Shown: positions 17,308 to 28,100 of the stretch, piece by piece
Layout of the letters: the number at the start of each line of letters is the position of its first letter
Position numbering within the stretch: position 1 is the stretch's first letter
The notes under the pieces: generated by a model
What the model was told of the DNA's origin: nothing
The model's input: the letters and a program-made list of their open reading frames with translations, nothing else
The model's database searches: none
Source: Candidatus Acidiferrum sp.
GTDB taxonomy: Bacteria > Verrucomicrobiota > Verrucomicrobiia > Limisphaerales > UBA11358
Direction of reading: 5' to 3'
NCBI GenBank assembly: GCA_035506715.1
Contig: DATJOW010000144.1
Location: forward strand, 4,560-68,559
DNA: 64,000 nucleotides
Translations under genes and position numbers: made by a program

Positions 17308-19941
17308 TCAACGACTCTTGATCTTGATGGACTCTCCGGCCAGCCCGTCCGCCGTGGCGGTCAGTTTGATGGTTCCGGATACGCCGGCCTTGGCGCGGAC
17401 AATGGCCAGCGCCAGCCCATTGAAGGCATTCCGTTCGGGAGCCTGAAAGGACTCGAAGCTTGTAGGGTCGCCGTTGTCGGTGGCCATGATTTCGCCCGGA
17501 CCTTCGATCTGGAATTTGATATGGTCCTTTGCGCGCGGCACGGGCACGCCGTCCTTGTCCGTCACGGCAATGGTGATATAAGACAGGTCCTGGCCGTCGG
17601 CGCGGATTTTGTCACGGTCGGCGTGCAGGGTGAGTTTGGCCGCCGGACCGGCAGTTTTCATGACATCCGTCGCCCATTTCCTGCCGTTTTTGTAGGCGAC
17701 GACTTTTAATTCGCCCGGTTGATAAACGACATCGTCCCACGCGAGACGATATTCGTATTGTCCTTTTTTCTTCAAGCCGAGCGATTTGCCGTTCAGGAAC
17801 AATTCCGCCGAATCGCCTGAGGTGTAAACATGAACGGGGGTGACCTGGCCGACGCGGTCGGGCCACGTCCAGTGCGGCAGGAGGTGCGCCATGGGGAAAT
17901 CCGGACGCCAGCGCGCCTGGTAAAGATAGAACCGGTCCTTCGGGAAGCCGGCGAGGTCAATGATGCCGAAATAGGAGCTGCGCGACGGCACCCGGATTTT
18001 GCCCAGCTCGTCCAGCTCCCTTTTCATGCGGGCCTGCTCATTGGGATCGGTGAAGTTGAGCAGATTGCTGGAGTCCGCGTTGTAGGGCGTCGGTTCGCCG
18101 AGATAATCAAAGCCGGTCCACACAAATTCGCCGGCGACGAACGGGTTTTTGTCCTGGCCGGAGAATTCCGAGTCGGGCGTCGTCGCCCACGGCGGCGCAT
18201 AGAGGTCATACGAGCTCACCTGGAAATCGGCCCGGCCCGCCAGTTTGTTGGTCACCACCGGGAAGAAATACTCGCCGCGCGAGCTGACGCAGGAAGCGGT
18301 TTCACTGCCGAAGAGCGGCTGATGCGGATTGGCCTGACGGAACCTGCCGTACTCGGCCGGTTTATAGTTGTACCCGAAGACGTCCACGTTGGTCTGGAAA
18401 CCGTTGTAACCGGCGCGGGTATCGCTGCAGGCGGCGGTCGCCGGCCGCGTGGGATCTTCCTCGTGCGCGATGGCCGTCAATTCGGCAGTGATCCAATGCC
18501 TGGCCGGAATGCCCTGCTCACCGACTTCGTTGCCGATGCTCCAGAGGATGATGCTGGGATGGTTGCGGTCGCGCCGGAGTTCAGCGCGCCAGTCTTTTTC
18601 GTGCCAGGCGTCAAAGAGCCGGTGATAATCATACTTCTTCTTGCTGCGCTCCCAGCAATCGAACGATTCGTCCATGACCACGAGGCCGAGCCGGTCGCAG
18701 AGGTCGAGCAGTTCGGGGGCGGGCGGATTGTGGCTGGTGCGAATGGCATTGCCGCCCATGCTTTTGAGAATCTGCAATTGGCGTTCGAGGGCGCGGGTGT
18801 TGAGGGCCGCGCCGAGCGCGCCGAGATCGTGATGGTCACACACGCCATTCAGCGGCACGCGTTTGCCGTTCAACAGGAAACCGTTGTCGGCGGTGAACTG
18901 GGTGGTGCGGATGCCAAAGGGGGTTTCATAGCAGTCCAGCACCTTGCCGTTTTGCTCAAGCGTGGTGACGGCCACATAGCGCCGCGGGGTTTCAATGCTC
19001 CACAACTTTGGGTCCTTGAAATGGAGTTGGTCGTCGACGGTCTGCGATCGGCCCGCGGCGATTTTCACGCCGCCCGTGACGGCCGCCGCGACGGATTCGC
19101 CTTTTTCACCGTCGGCGCGGAGCTCGAAAATTTCATTGTGGACGGACACGGGCGCTTCGGCATCCGTGTCGTTCTGCACCTTGACCTGAATTTTCACCGC
19201 GGCCTGTTTCGGGCTGATTTCCGGCGTGGTGACGTAGGTGCCCCATTGGGCCACATGGACCGGTGCGGTCTTGACGAGCCAGACGTTGCGGTAGATGCCG
19301 CCGCCGGGATACCAGCGCGAGGAGTCCGGCGGATTATCCAGGCGGATGGCGATGAGATTGTCCGCGCCGAATTTCAAATAGGGGGTCAGGTCCAACTGCC
19401 ACGAGGCATAGCCGTAGGGCCAGCCGCCGACGAACCGGCCGTTGACCCAGACGGTCGCATAGGCCATGGCCCCGTCCACCGCCAGATAGATTTTCCTGCC
19501 CTGGTCGGAGGCGGGAACTTCCAGATGTTTGCGGTACCAGCCCACACCCCACCACGGCAGCTTGCCCGTTTCGCCCGGATATTCCTGCTGGAACGGGCCC
19601 TCGATTCCCCAGTCGTGCGGCAGGTTGAGCAGCCGCCACTGGCGGTCGTCAAAATTGTTCAGGGCATAGGTGACGTCCGTGCCGCCGGGATTGCCGCCCG
19701 GCCGTTTCTTCGCGGTCAGGTCGGCATTGGTGGTGAACCCGGCGCCGGTGGCTTCCACCCAGGCCTGGATATTCGTGTAGGCCAGTTGGTTGGTGATGCC
19801 GTCGGGATCGCCCTTGGTGAACCGCCAGCCGGTGTTGAAGGATAGGCGCTCGCGCGGCGAAGCCGGCTCTGCGGCGGAAGCGGTTGAGCAAAGGCAAATC
19901 AGCAATACAACGGAAAGGATATTTCGTGCGGATGAGTTCAT
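17308..19941 (-). CDS. Glycoside hydrolase family 2 (beta-galactosidase-like), complete
   Basis: 877 aa with signal peptide MNSSARNILSVVLLICLCSTASA. Sugar-binding, Ig-like and TIM-barrel blocks are present (WRLLNLPHDWGIEGPF, NAIRTSHNPP, WSIGNEV, GEFVWTGFDYLGEP). It is a paralog of the fragment at 1..1200. Confidence 0.9.
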   Translation of the reverse strand: MNSSARNILSVVLLICLCSTASAAEPASPRERLSFNTGWRFTKGDPDGITNQLAYTNIQAWVEATGAGFTTNADLTAKKRPGGNPGGTDVTYALNNFDDRQWRLLNLPHDWGIEGPFQQEYPGETGKLPWWGVGWYRKHLEVPASDQGRKIYLAVDGAMAYATVWVNGRFVGGWPYGYASWQLDLTPYLKFGADNLIAIRLDNPPDSSRWYPGGGIYRNVWLVKTAPVHVAQWGTYVTTPEISPKQAAVKIQVKVQNDTDAEAPVSVHNEIFELRADGEKGESVAAAVTGGVKIAAGRSQTVDDQLHFKDPKLWSIETPRRYVAVTTLEQNGKVLDCYETPFGIRTTQFTADNGFLLNGKRVPLNGVCDHHDLGALGAALNTRALERQLQILKSMGGNAIRTSHNPPAPELLDLCDRLGLVVMDESFDCWERSKKKYDYHRLFDAWHEKDWRAELRRDRNHPSIILWSIGNEVGEQGIPARHWITAELTAIAHEEDPTRPATAACSDTRAGYNGFQTNVDVFGYNYKPAEYGRFRQANPHQPLFGSETASCVSSRGEYFFPVVTNKLAGRADFQVSSYDLYAPPWATTPDSEFSGQDKNPFVAGEFVWTGFDYLGEPTPYNADSSNLLNFTDPNEQARMKRELDELGKIRVPSRSSYFGIIDLAGFPKDRFYLYQARWRPDFPMAHLLPHWTWPDRVGQVTPVHVYTSGDSAELFLNGKSLGLKKKGQYEYRLAWDDVVYQPGELKVVAYKNGRKWATDVMKTAGPAAKLTLHADRDKIRADGQDLSYITIAVTDKDGVPVPRAKDHIKFQIEGPGEIMATDNGDPTSFESFQAPERNAFNGLALAIVRAKAGVSGTIKLTATADGLAGESIKIKSR

Positions 19942-20097
19942 AGTCTAAGTGATCAAGCGCCGGCTTCTTTGCCGGCGGCCCAACGGTTCATGCGGCCTAT
20001 CTTAGGCTGCAATCCGGTCAAAAAACAACCGGACATTTGTCAGGCTGGTGCCCGGGGCGCGCTTTCCAGAAGCATTGGGGTGGGGCCTGACGGGATG

Positions 20098-20127
20098 AAG
20101 CAGGCGCCCTTCCCGGGGCGCCTGCTT
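20098..20127 (-). terminator. Strong hairpin downstream of giant PATR gene 2
   Basis: AAGCAGGCGCCC-ttcccg-GGGCGCCTGCTT has a 12-bp perfect stem. It lies about 90 nt downstream of the stop at 20219. The U-tract is weak. Confidence 0.5.
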
Positions 20128-20218
20128 ACAACCCAACCTGACCACCGACGACCGAACCGACGCGTTGGCATCGATCCGGGTTCGTCGGGTTTCAACCCAA
20201 CCTTATGACCCTTCCGGC

Positions 20219-23200
20219 TCAGGGATAAACCAGCCGGAAAAACACGGTTCCCTTGGTCGTATCGACGGGAATGACCACCTTGTTGGTGGCGCTGGCCCCG
20301 GTCCACTCAACCCAGTTGGTGGTCAAGCCGACGGTCGCGGCATTGGTTTGGGCCAACAGCCGGTAAAAGCCGGCGTATTCCGCGCCCCAACTCAGGGTCA
20401 ATTGTCCGCTGGCCGCGTCAAATGAATTGGTGATGGCCGGCGGGGTGGCGGGCACCGCTGGCGGAGCCAACAGCGTCAGGGAGCCATCCGTGGCCAGGTT
20501 GTTGATCCAGGAATTGGTCCCGGTCAGGGCGGGCAAGTTGACCGAGGCAAAGCCGCTCACCGGTTGGTTGAACAAGTGGAAGGTCGCGCCCGCTTCCGGC
20601 CCGAGATTGGCGACCGTGAGGGTGGCGGTGCCATCCACGACGATGCTGGCCGCCGCGATTGCGCTGCAATTGGGGGCGCCGGTGGCATTCACACTCATGT
20701 TCACCGCGCCGGCCAGTTCGATCTTCTGGCTCGCCGTCAGCGTCCCGAGCGGCAAGCCGGGATTGAGGATGGAATTGGCATCGGCCAGCACGTTGGTGGC
20801 CTGAATGGTGCCAATGCCGCCCAGCGACTGGTTGGGCGCCAGTTCCAGCACGCCATTGGTGTAGAGCACCACATTGGTCACCGTCACGTTGTCGGCATCA
20901 TATTCGTTGCTGACGTAGCCCATCGCGGTGGCATCCAACACGGCGGTGATCGAGGCCAGGGTGATGGGGGTGGGCGGGTTGCCACCCACGGAATTGGTCA
21001 AGGTCACCGGCACCACCAGTTTCAGGACTCCGTTACTGATGGTCGTGGGGCCCGAATACAGCATGTTGGTGTAGGAACCCACCAGGTTGGTGTAGTAGGT
21101 AAATCCGCCGTCCGGGGTGTAAACATTGGTGCCCACGCCGCCATCGAAGGTCAGGGTGCCGGTGCCGACCTTGGTGATGCCCACCGTGGCCGCCGTTCCG
21201 CCGGCGCCATTGCCGATCTTGCCGGAGAACCGCGTGCTGAGGTTATTGCCGCCGATCAGGTAGGTGGACGGACTGCCGGCATTGGCGCTGCCGCGGATGG
21301 TCGTGTTCAGTCCGCCGGCGAGCGCGCCGAGGTAGTAGTTCCCGTTGCTCGAGCCGCCGCCGTTGCGGTTGAGCAGGATGACGCTGCTGTTGCCGAGATC
21401 AAAGGTGGCGGTGGGGCTGCCGGTGCATTGTTGCGGCCCGCTGCTGCTGCCCCCGGCGTTGAAGCGGAACTGCGCCGCGCTGTCATCCGTCAGCCGGATC
21501 GTTCCGGTGAAGTTGGTGGTCATGTTGGCATTAAGGGTGAAGTAGCCGCTGACGGCTTGCACGGTCAGCGTGCCGGAGCCGGACCAGGCGCCTTGCATGA
21601 CGTTGTTGTCGCCTCCGGCCGAAACCACCAGGCCGGTGGTGACCACGCTGTACGGGCTCGGGTAAATCTGCTGGCTGCCGACATTCAGGGACAAGGTGCC
21701 GCCGGCGAAGACGACGGTGCCGGCCAGGGCGCCGGCCGTGCTGCTGATCTGCAGGGTGCCGTTGCTGAGCGTTGTCGCTCCGGTGTAATTGTTGGCACCG
21801 GATAGGATCAACCTGCCGTTATCCGCCTTGGTCAACCCTCCGCTGCCGGTCAGGGTGCCGCTGATGGTCAGGTTGCCATTCGTGGTCACGGCGATGGTGG
21901 ACGAGGCGCTGCCGAGGGTGACCCCGCGGTCCATGCTGCCGTTGGCGCCGAAATACTTGAGCGTGCCGCCGTTGATGACCAGGTTCGCCGGGTCGCTGCT
22001 CGCGGCGCCCAGCGGGCTGGGCAGGTTGCCGTTGGCAACATTGGAAACCTGCAGCATGCCGCCACCGATAGTCGTCGCGCCGCTGTAAGTGTTGGCGGTC
22101 CCGATGGTCAGGATGCCGGAATTGGTTTTGGTCAGGGTGGCCGAGCCGTCAATGATGCCGCCGCCCGTGAAGGCATAATCCGTTGCGGCGTCCACCAGGA
22201 TCGAGGCGGGCAGGACGCTGCCGACCACGTTGACGTTGGGATTGGCCGCGCCGGTCGCATTGAAGCGAACGTTGTCGCCGGATATGAAATAATCCAGCGA
22301 CCCCGCATTCAGCCAGTTGGTCGAAATCGTCGTGTCCCAGTTGTTGGTCAGGGGGTTGCCCAGCCAGGTGACGGTGGTCGGTCCGCGTGTGGTGGCGAGC
22401 GTATGCAGCACGATGGACTTGGTGGCGACGATATTAGTGAGGTAGCCGGTGGCGCCCGACAGGGCGAAATTGGTGACATCCCCGATAAAGCTCCCGGTGT
22501 ATTGCATCAACGGGTAGTCACTGCCGATGGGGAGGGAACCGACGATCAGCATGGTGTTGGTGCCGCTCACCGTCAGGTTGCCGGTAACCGCCACCAGATC
22601 ATTGCTGCCATTCACCGGGTCGCTGGACAGGATAAATTTATTGATGGCACCGCCCGGCTCGGTCAGCCCGTTGCCAAAGGTCAGCTTGCCGGTGATGGTG
22701 TTGCTGCCCGCCTGAATAATGCCGTTGGTCGCGGTAACGAGCCCGTTGACCGTGCCAAAGCCCGACAAGGTTTGCGAGGCGACGGTCACGCCGGGGCTGA
22801 AAGCGCCGCCTTGGGCTGAGACGTCCAGCGCGGCCCCGTCACCAATCAGGATAAAGGGGCTGGAAATCAGGCAGCTTGCGCCGAGCGCCAGGGTTCCGTT
22901 GCTGATGAGCGTGCTGCCGGAATAGGTGTTCGTACCACTCAGCGTCAATGTGCCGGCGCCCGTTTTCTTCAGCCCGCCCGCACCGGTCACTGCCGCCGAC
23001 AAGATCATATTGTGCGCGGTGCCGCCCGCGTCAGCGGCCTGGAACACCGTCGTGCCGCTGTTGAGCAGGATCGGGGCAGAGCCGGACGTCCAATCGGCTT
23101 TTGCACCCAGGGTGCCATTCGTGCAAGAGACGCTGGCAACGGCGCCCGATCCGCCGAGATTTGCCGTGAGGCCGCCGCTGCCGACGTAGACCGTGCCGGT

Positions 23201-24319
23201 ACCGCCGAGGTTGAGGCGGGCGGTTACGTTGACGAGGGTGTTGTTGGCGAGCAGAGTGATGCCCTCCACCATCAGGGTGCCGGCGGTAATGTCATATATC
23301 GCGCCTTGGTTCGCCGTGGATGTCGCAGTGTTGGCGCTCGGATTGGCCAGCACCAGGCCGCTCGAGGCCGTTCCCACCACCGTGCCGCCGCGCTGATAAA
23401 AATATGCTTTGCGATCGGAGGTGCCGCTGGCGCTGCCGTTGTACATGCTGAACGTCCCGGAATTGGTCAGCGTGCCGCCATACACGTTGGCGCCGGCGCG
23501 TGAAGCGCCGGTTCCGATCAGCAGGCTGCTGACCGTGACCGTACCGTTGCTGATGATCAGGCCATAGCTGGGAATGCCCCGGTGCACGACGAAGTCGCCG
23601 CCCTGCACCGTGGCGCCGCCGTCAACGATCAAGGAGGTATAGGCATCATCCGTTGCATTGCTGATGATGATGCTGGGGGTGGCGCCACCCGTGCTGGGCA
23701 CCGTCAGGGTTCCTCCCTTCAGATATACGCTGCTGGCCGGCAGGCCGCTGGCACCGCCCCCCTGGATGACCAGTTCCTTGGTCAGGGTGACGGTGGAATT
23801 GGTGAGCCCCACCGTGGCGCCGTTGTTGCGCCCGCCCCGGCCAACCACCAGGTCATAAGCTCCGAGGGTGTTGGTGAAGGTCAGCGTGGCATTGTTGACG
23901 GTCAGCACCGCGTTGGTGTTCAGGAAGAACTGGCCGGCGTTCGTAACGGTGACCACTCCGCCCGACAGAATATTCATGGTGGAACCCAGGCCAATGAAGA
24001 TGGATTGCCCGTTGACGCCACCCATGTCCACCGTGAAGCGGGCAGCGCCGACGTTCAGGGTGCCGCCGTTGTTGGTAACCACACCGATGCTGTCCGCCAC
24101 CATGGGGGAACTGTAATTGACGATCGTGTTCGTGGGGACAAAGACATTGGTGCTGACTCCCGGCACCACGCCGGTATCCCAGTTGCCGGGGTTGTTCCAA
24201 TCGCCGCCGCTGGGGCCGGTGAAATTGGCGACATACGGTTGCGCCGGGCTGTTCAGGAGGCCGATGACCAGCCATAACGCGCTGAACCAGATAATAGCGG
24301 TGGATTTGATGGTTTTCAT
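20219..24319 (-). CDS. Giant secreted PATR (autotransporter-associated beta-strand repeat) protein, no beta-barrel domain
   Basis: 1366 aa with signal peptide MKTIKSTAIIWFSALWLVIGLLNSPAQP. It carries many G.LTLSG.NTYSG.T repeats. The C-terminal 71 aa end ...PVDTTKGTVFFRLVYP, homologous to the end of the 1336..5361 protein. Confidence 0.85.
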   Translation of the reverse strand: MKTIKSTAIIWFSALWLVIGLLNSPAQPYVANFTGPSGGDWNNPGNWDTGVVPGVSTNVFVPTNTIVNYSSPMVADSIGVVTNNGGTLNVGAARFTVDMGGVNGQSIFIGLGSTMNILSGGVVTVTNAGQFFLNTNAVLTVNNATLTFTNTLGAYDLVVGRGGRNNGATVGLTNSTVTLTKELVIQGGGASGLPASSVYLKGGTLTVPSTGGATPSIIISNATDDAYTSLIVDGGATVQGGDFVVHRGIPSYGLIISNGTVTVSSLLIGTGASRAGANVYGGTLTNSGTFSMYNGSASGTSDRKAYFYQRGGTVVGTASSGLVLANPSANTATSTANQGAIYDITAGTLMVEGITLLANNTLVNVTARLNLGGTGTVYVGSGGLTANLGGSGAVASVSCTNGTLGAKADWTSGSAPILLNSGTTVFQAADAGGTAHNMILSAAVTGAGGLKKTGAGTLTLSGTNTYSGSTLISNGTLALGASCLISSPFILIGDGAALDVSAQGGAFSPGVTVASQTLSGFGTVNGLVTATNGIIQAGSNTITGKLTFGNGLTEPGGAINKFILSSDPVNGSNDLVAVTGNLTVSGTNTMLIVGSLPIGSDYPLMQYTGSFIGDVTNFALSGATGYLTNIVATKSIVLHTLATTRGPTTVTWLGNPLTNNWDTTISTNWLNAGSLDYFISGDNVRFNATGAANPNVNVVGSVLPASILVDAATDYAFTGGGIIDGSATLTKTNSGILTIGTANTYSGATTIGGGMLQVSNVANGNLPSPLGAASSDPANLVINGGTLKYFGANGSMDRGVTLGSASSTIAVTTNGNLTISGTLTGSGGLTKADNGRLILSGANNYTGATTLSNGTLQISSTAGALAGTVVFAGGTLSLNVGSQQIYPSPYSVVTTGLVVSAGGDNNVMQGAWSGSGTLTVQAVSGYFTLNANMTTNFTGTIRLTDDSAAQFRFNAGGSSSGPQQCTGSPTATFDLGNSSVILLNRNGGGSSNGNYYLGALAGGLNTTIRGSANAGSPSTYLIGGNNLSTRFSGKIGNGAGGTAATVGITKVGTGTLTFDGGVGTNVYTPDGGFTYYTNLVGSYTNMLYSGPTTISNGVLKLVVPVTLTNSVGGNPPTPITLASITAVLDATAMGYVSNEYDADNVTVTNVVLYTNGVLELAPNQSLGGIGTIQATNVLADANSILNPGLPLGTLTASQKIELAGAVNMSVNATGAPNCSAIAAASIVVDGTATLTVANLGPEAGATFHLFNQPVSGFASVNLPALTGTNSWINNLATDGSLTLLAPPAVPATPPAITNSFDAASGQLTLSWGAEYAGFYRLLAQTNAATVGLTTNWVEWTGASATNKVVIPVDTTKGTVFFRLVYP

Positions 24320-24543
24320 AGGGTTTCAAGTTTTCAGAGGGGGGGATGGATACACTGCATCGTTGCCGGGGAGGGCGGTCACCTTCGAGCAGACCGAGGT
24401 TTTCGAAAGTTTTTCCATTATCGGCGGCGCGGATTTCGAATGGATCCAGTTAAACTGCTTTTATCCAGCGGGTCTATCGGATGTTCATCCGAGACCGGCC
24501 GGTCCCGGGCCGGTGGTTTGGCCGGGATTGACCGCCCGCCGTT

Positions 24544-25173
24544 CTACTCGCGCCCGACCAGTTTCATGGCGGCTTCGGTCCGGCTATGAACGTGGAGCTT
24601 TTCATAGACGGCGGTGATATGAGTTCGGACGGTGCTCATGCTGATGCCCAGGTGATCGGCAATCTCCTTGTACAAATATCCCTTGGCCAGCAGTTTCAGG
24701 ATCTCCTGTTCACGGCCGGTCAGTTGCTGCACCTCCGATGCCGGCTTGGGTGCCCGATGAAAATAGTCAATCACCTTGCGGGCGACCTGAAGCGACATGG
24801 GCGCGCCGCCGGCCCGGACCTGCTGGACCGCTTCCACCAATTCCTCCCGCGGCATGTTTTTGAGCAAATAACCATTGGCCCCCGCCCGCAGCGAATCGAA
24901 AATCAGGTTCCCATCATCGTAAGTGGTCAGCATCAGAACCTGGGTGCCCGGCCGCCGTTCCTTGAGGCGCGCCACGCACTCAATACCGCTCATGCCGGTC
25001 AAATTGATGTCCATCAGCACGACATCCGGATTTTCCGCGGGAATTTCCCGCAGGGCTTCTTCGGCCGAGGCATGCGTGCCGACGCAGCGCAAGCCCGGCG
25101 CGCTGCCCAGCCATTCGGCCAGGCTCTCGCGCATCTCGCGCTGGTCTTCCACGATGGAGATCGAAATGTTCAT
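24544..25173 (-). CDS. Response regulator, NarL/FixJ (LuxR HTH) family
   Basis: MNISISIVEDQ..., receiver segment VVLMDINLTGMSG, and HTH LTGREQEILKLLAKGYLYKEIADHLGISMSTVRTHITAVYEKLHV. The start could also be ATG 25191. Confidence 0.9.
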   Translation of the reverse strand: MNISISIVEDQREMRESLAEWLGSAPGLRCVGTHASAEEALREIPAENPDVVLMDINLTGMSGIECVARLKERRPGTQVLMLTTYDDGNLIFDSLRAGANGYLLKNMPREELVEAVQQVRAGGAPMSLQVARKVIDYFHRAPKPASEVQQLTGREQEILKLLAKGYLYKEIADHLGISMSTVRTHITAVYEKLHVHSRTEAAMKLVGRE

Positions 25174-25196
25174 CCCCGTCGGTTTTGGCATAGACT

Positions 25197-28100
25197 TTAA
25201 GGCGGATTTTTTTCGCCAGTAATCGGATGAAGGTATGACCCGGGACTCTCGCCGTGGGGCCAGGGGAATTCGATGGTGATGACGGTGCCGGCGCCGATGC
25301 GGCTTTGCACGCGACATTCCCCGCCAATCTCCGTCAACCGCTGGCGCATGTTGCCCAAACCATCCGCCCAGGCATCCGGCGACGGCCCCGCAAAGCCGCA
25401 GCCGTTGTCCTCGATTATCAGGCGCAGCCCGCTGGGAATGGTGCTGATCCGGAGCCAGACCTCCGTCGCGCGGGCGTGTTTGACGATGTTCTGCAAGGCT
25501 TCCTTGACGGCCAAAAACACGTTATGGCGAACGTTGGCCGGAACCTCCCGCGGCGAAATCTGTTCGGGAACATCCAGCAGACAACGGATTCCGCCGTCCC
25601 GGAGGTAATCTGTCGTGAATTGGGCGGTGTAATCAATCAAGTGGGCCAGCGTGTCGTTGCGGGGATTGACCGCCCAGACAATTTCATCGAGGGATTTGAC
25701 GGCCTGCCGCGCGGTGCGGGACATCTTTTCGATGCGCTCCTCCGCCCTTTCCTTTTTGGCCAGGTCGCCCAGCACGGCGATCAAGGTCAGGTTCGCCCCC
25801 AGATCATCGTGGATGTCCTTGGCAATGCGGGCGCGCTCGCGCTCCACCGCCCGCTGCCGCTCCAATTGCTCCATCTTTCGGTGCAATTGCCGCGTGGCTG
25901 TGTACCGGACCGTCCCCGCGACTGCAGTCAGAATCACCAGGCCGGCCAGCAGCCGGAACCACCACGTCTCGTACAAATGCGGCAGAATTTTGACCGCCAG
26001 GGTGCGCCCGGTGGTGTTCCAGACACTGTCGCTGTTGCCGGCAATCACCTGAAAACGATAATCGCCCGGCGGAAGAATGTTGTAATGCGCAAACCGCCGG
26101 GTTCCGGCCTGGACCCAGTCCGCATCCGCCCCCTCCAGCCGGTAACGGAACTGGATGCGGTCCGACGAAACCAGGCTCAAGCCGGTGTACCGGAACTCGA
26201 ATTGGTGTTTCCCGGGCGGAACTTCCAAGCGGGGAATGCCCGTGTCGGACCGGGCGGCGTCGGCATCGTCGGGCACTGCCAGGCTTTTCGCCTGGCCATC
26301 CACCAACACCTCCTCGATCACCACCGGCGGCGGAATCGGATTGGGGTGGAGCTGTTCGGGTTGAATCCAGGTGGCGCCCTTGGCCGTGGTGAACCACAGC
26401 CGCCCATCCTGGCCCGCCCAGGCCGCCGGCTGGTATCCTCCGGAACACTCGAGCGAAGGCAGTCCGTCCGACCGGCCGTAAGCGACGCTCGAAATGAATC
26501 CCCCCTGGCCCTTGCCCTGGGCCAGGTCGTTTAACGCCGACTTGGCAATCCGGAATATGCCTTGGTGTGAACCCAGCCAGAGATTGCCTCGGCCGTCGTC
26601 CAGGATCTGGCAAATCACATTGTCGGGCAGCCCGTCTTTCTTGCTGAACCGGGTAAATTGTCCGTTCCGGAACCGCAGCAGGCCTCCGCGAAACGTGCCC
26701 ACCCAAACGGTGCCGTCCTGGTCGGCCAGCAACGACCAGATGGCCCCGGACTCCTGGTCGTCGGTAGGGCGAAACACCGTTGTCGTGTCGCCCGCAATGG
26801 CGTGGAGTTCGCCGCTGCCGGTGCCGGCCCACAACGTGCCGGACTGGTCCTCCGATATCGCCCGCACGTTGCGATGGGTGATGCCCTTGAACGGCTGGAT
26901 TTCGTTTGGAGATTGCGGGTCGGCGAAGAACAGCCCGCTGGTCGTGCCGAACCAGACACGGCCGGTGCGACCGGCCAGAATCGCCTTCACGCCGTGAACC
27001 ACCGGTGACACGCGCGTGAATTTGCCCTTTTCACCAAGGTAGAGATCCTCATCGCCGGCGCTGACCCACAGCCGGCCCAGCGAATCGGGACACACGCAAA
27101 AGACTGACGCGGGCAGCGCCTCCTCCACCACCGCCAGATTGGTATAATCTCCCCCATGCCAGCCGTCCAGGCCCGCACTCAGCGTCCCGATCCAGACCGT
27201 GCCGTTGGAATCCTGGCAGACCGATTTCGCCGCCGGCGCCGGTGTGGCATCGCCCGCGGTCATCGTGTGGAATTGGCGCTCGCGCAAACGCACCAGTCCT
27301 TGGGCTTCCAATCCGGCCCACCAGTTGCCCTCGTGGTCCTCGAAAAAACAATTCACCCGGTCTCCGGGAAAGCCGTCCCGGGAGGTGAGTTGTTGGAATT
27401 GGCCGGCGGCATCCGCATGGGCCAACCCGCGCCCAAAACTGTAAAACCACATGCCGCCGCGATGATCCTCCAGCACGCCGATCCGGCCCGGGTTGCCTTT
27501 GAAGAAACCCCGCGCCGCCTCCGGCTGCAAACGGCAGCAGCCATCAACCGCCAAACCTGCGTCCCCGTTGGCCACCAGCCAGATATGGCCGTCGCTCGTC
27601 GCGGCCAGCAAGGTAATCCCCAGTGGAGACGCCAGGTTGGTCGGTGTGTGGTTTTGAAAATGCGCTCCGTCCCAGACGGCAATCTCCCGGTCGGTGGCGG
27701 CCCACAGCCGGCCCGGCGGGTCGGTCAGCAGGCAGTCAACCCCCGCGTCCGTCAACCCGGCGTCTTCCGGCAGCCGTTCGAATCGGTCATTGATAAATCG
27801 CCAGAGCTGGCGGTTGCTGTCGCGGTACCAGAGCCGCCCCTGGCCATCTTCGCAGGCCAAGGCGGCGGTTCCCCGGCTCGGCGGGGTGAGCTCCTCCCAA
27901 CCGGCACCCGCCGGCGCGTTCAGTGATTTCCGGAACAGCCCCCCGCGGCTGGTCAGAAAAATGACGCGATTCGAGGAAGAAGAAACCAGGGTCATCTCCG
28001 CTTCGGAACTGCGCGGGTTGCGGCGTTCGAGGGCAAAGGTGCCGTGGCGGACGGTGGTCAGGGAGCCATCGAGCGTGTTGATCCAGAGCGTGCCCTGGGA

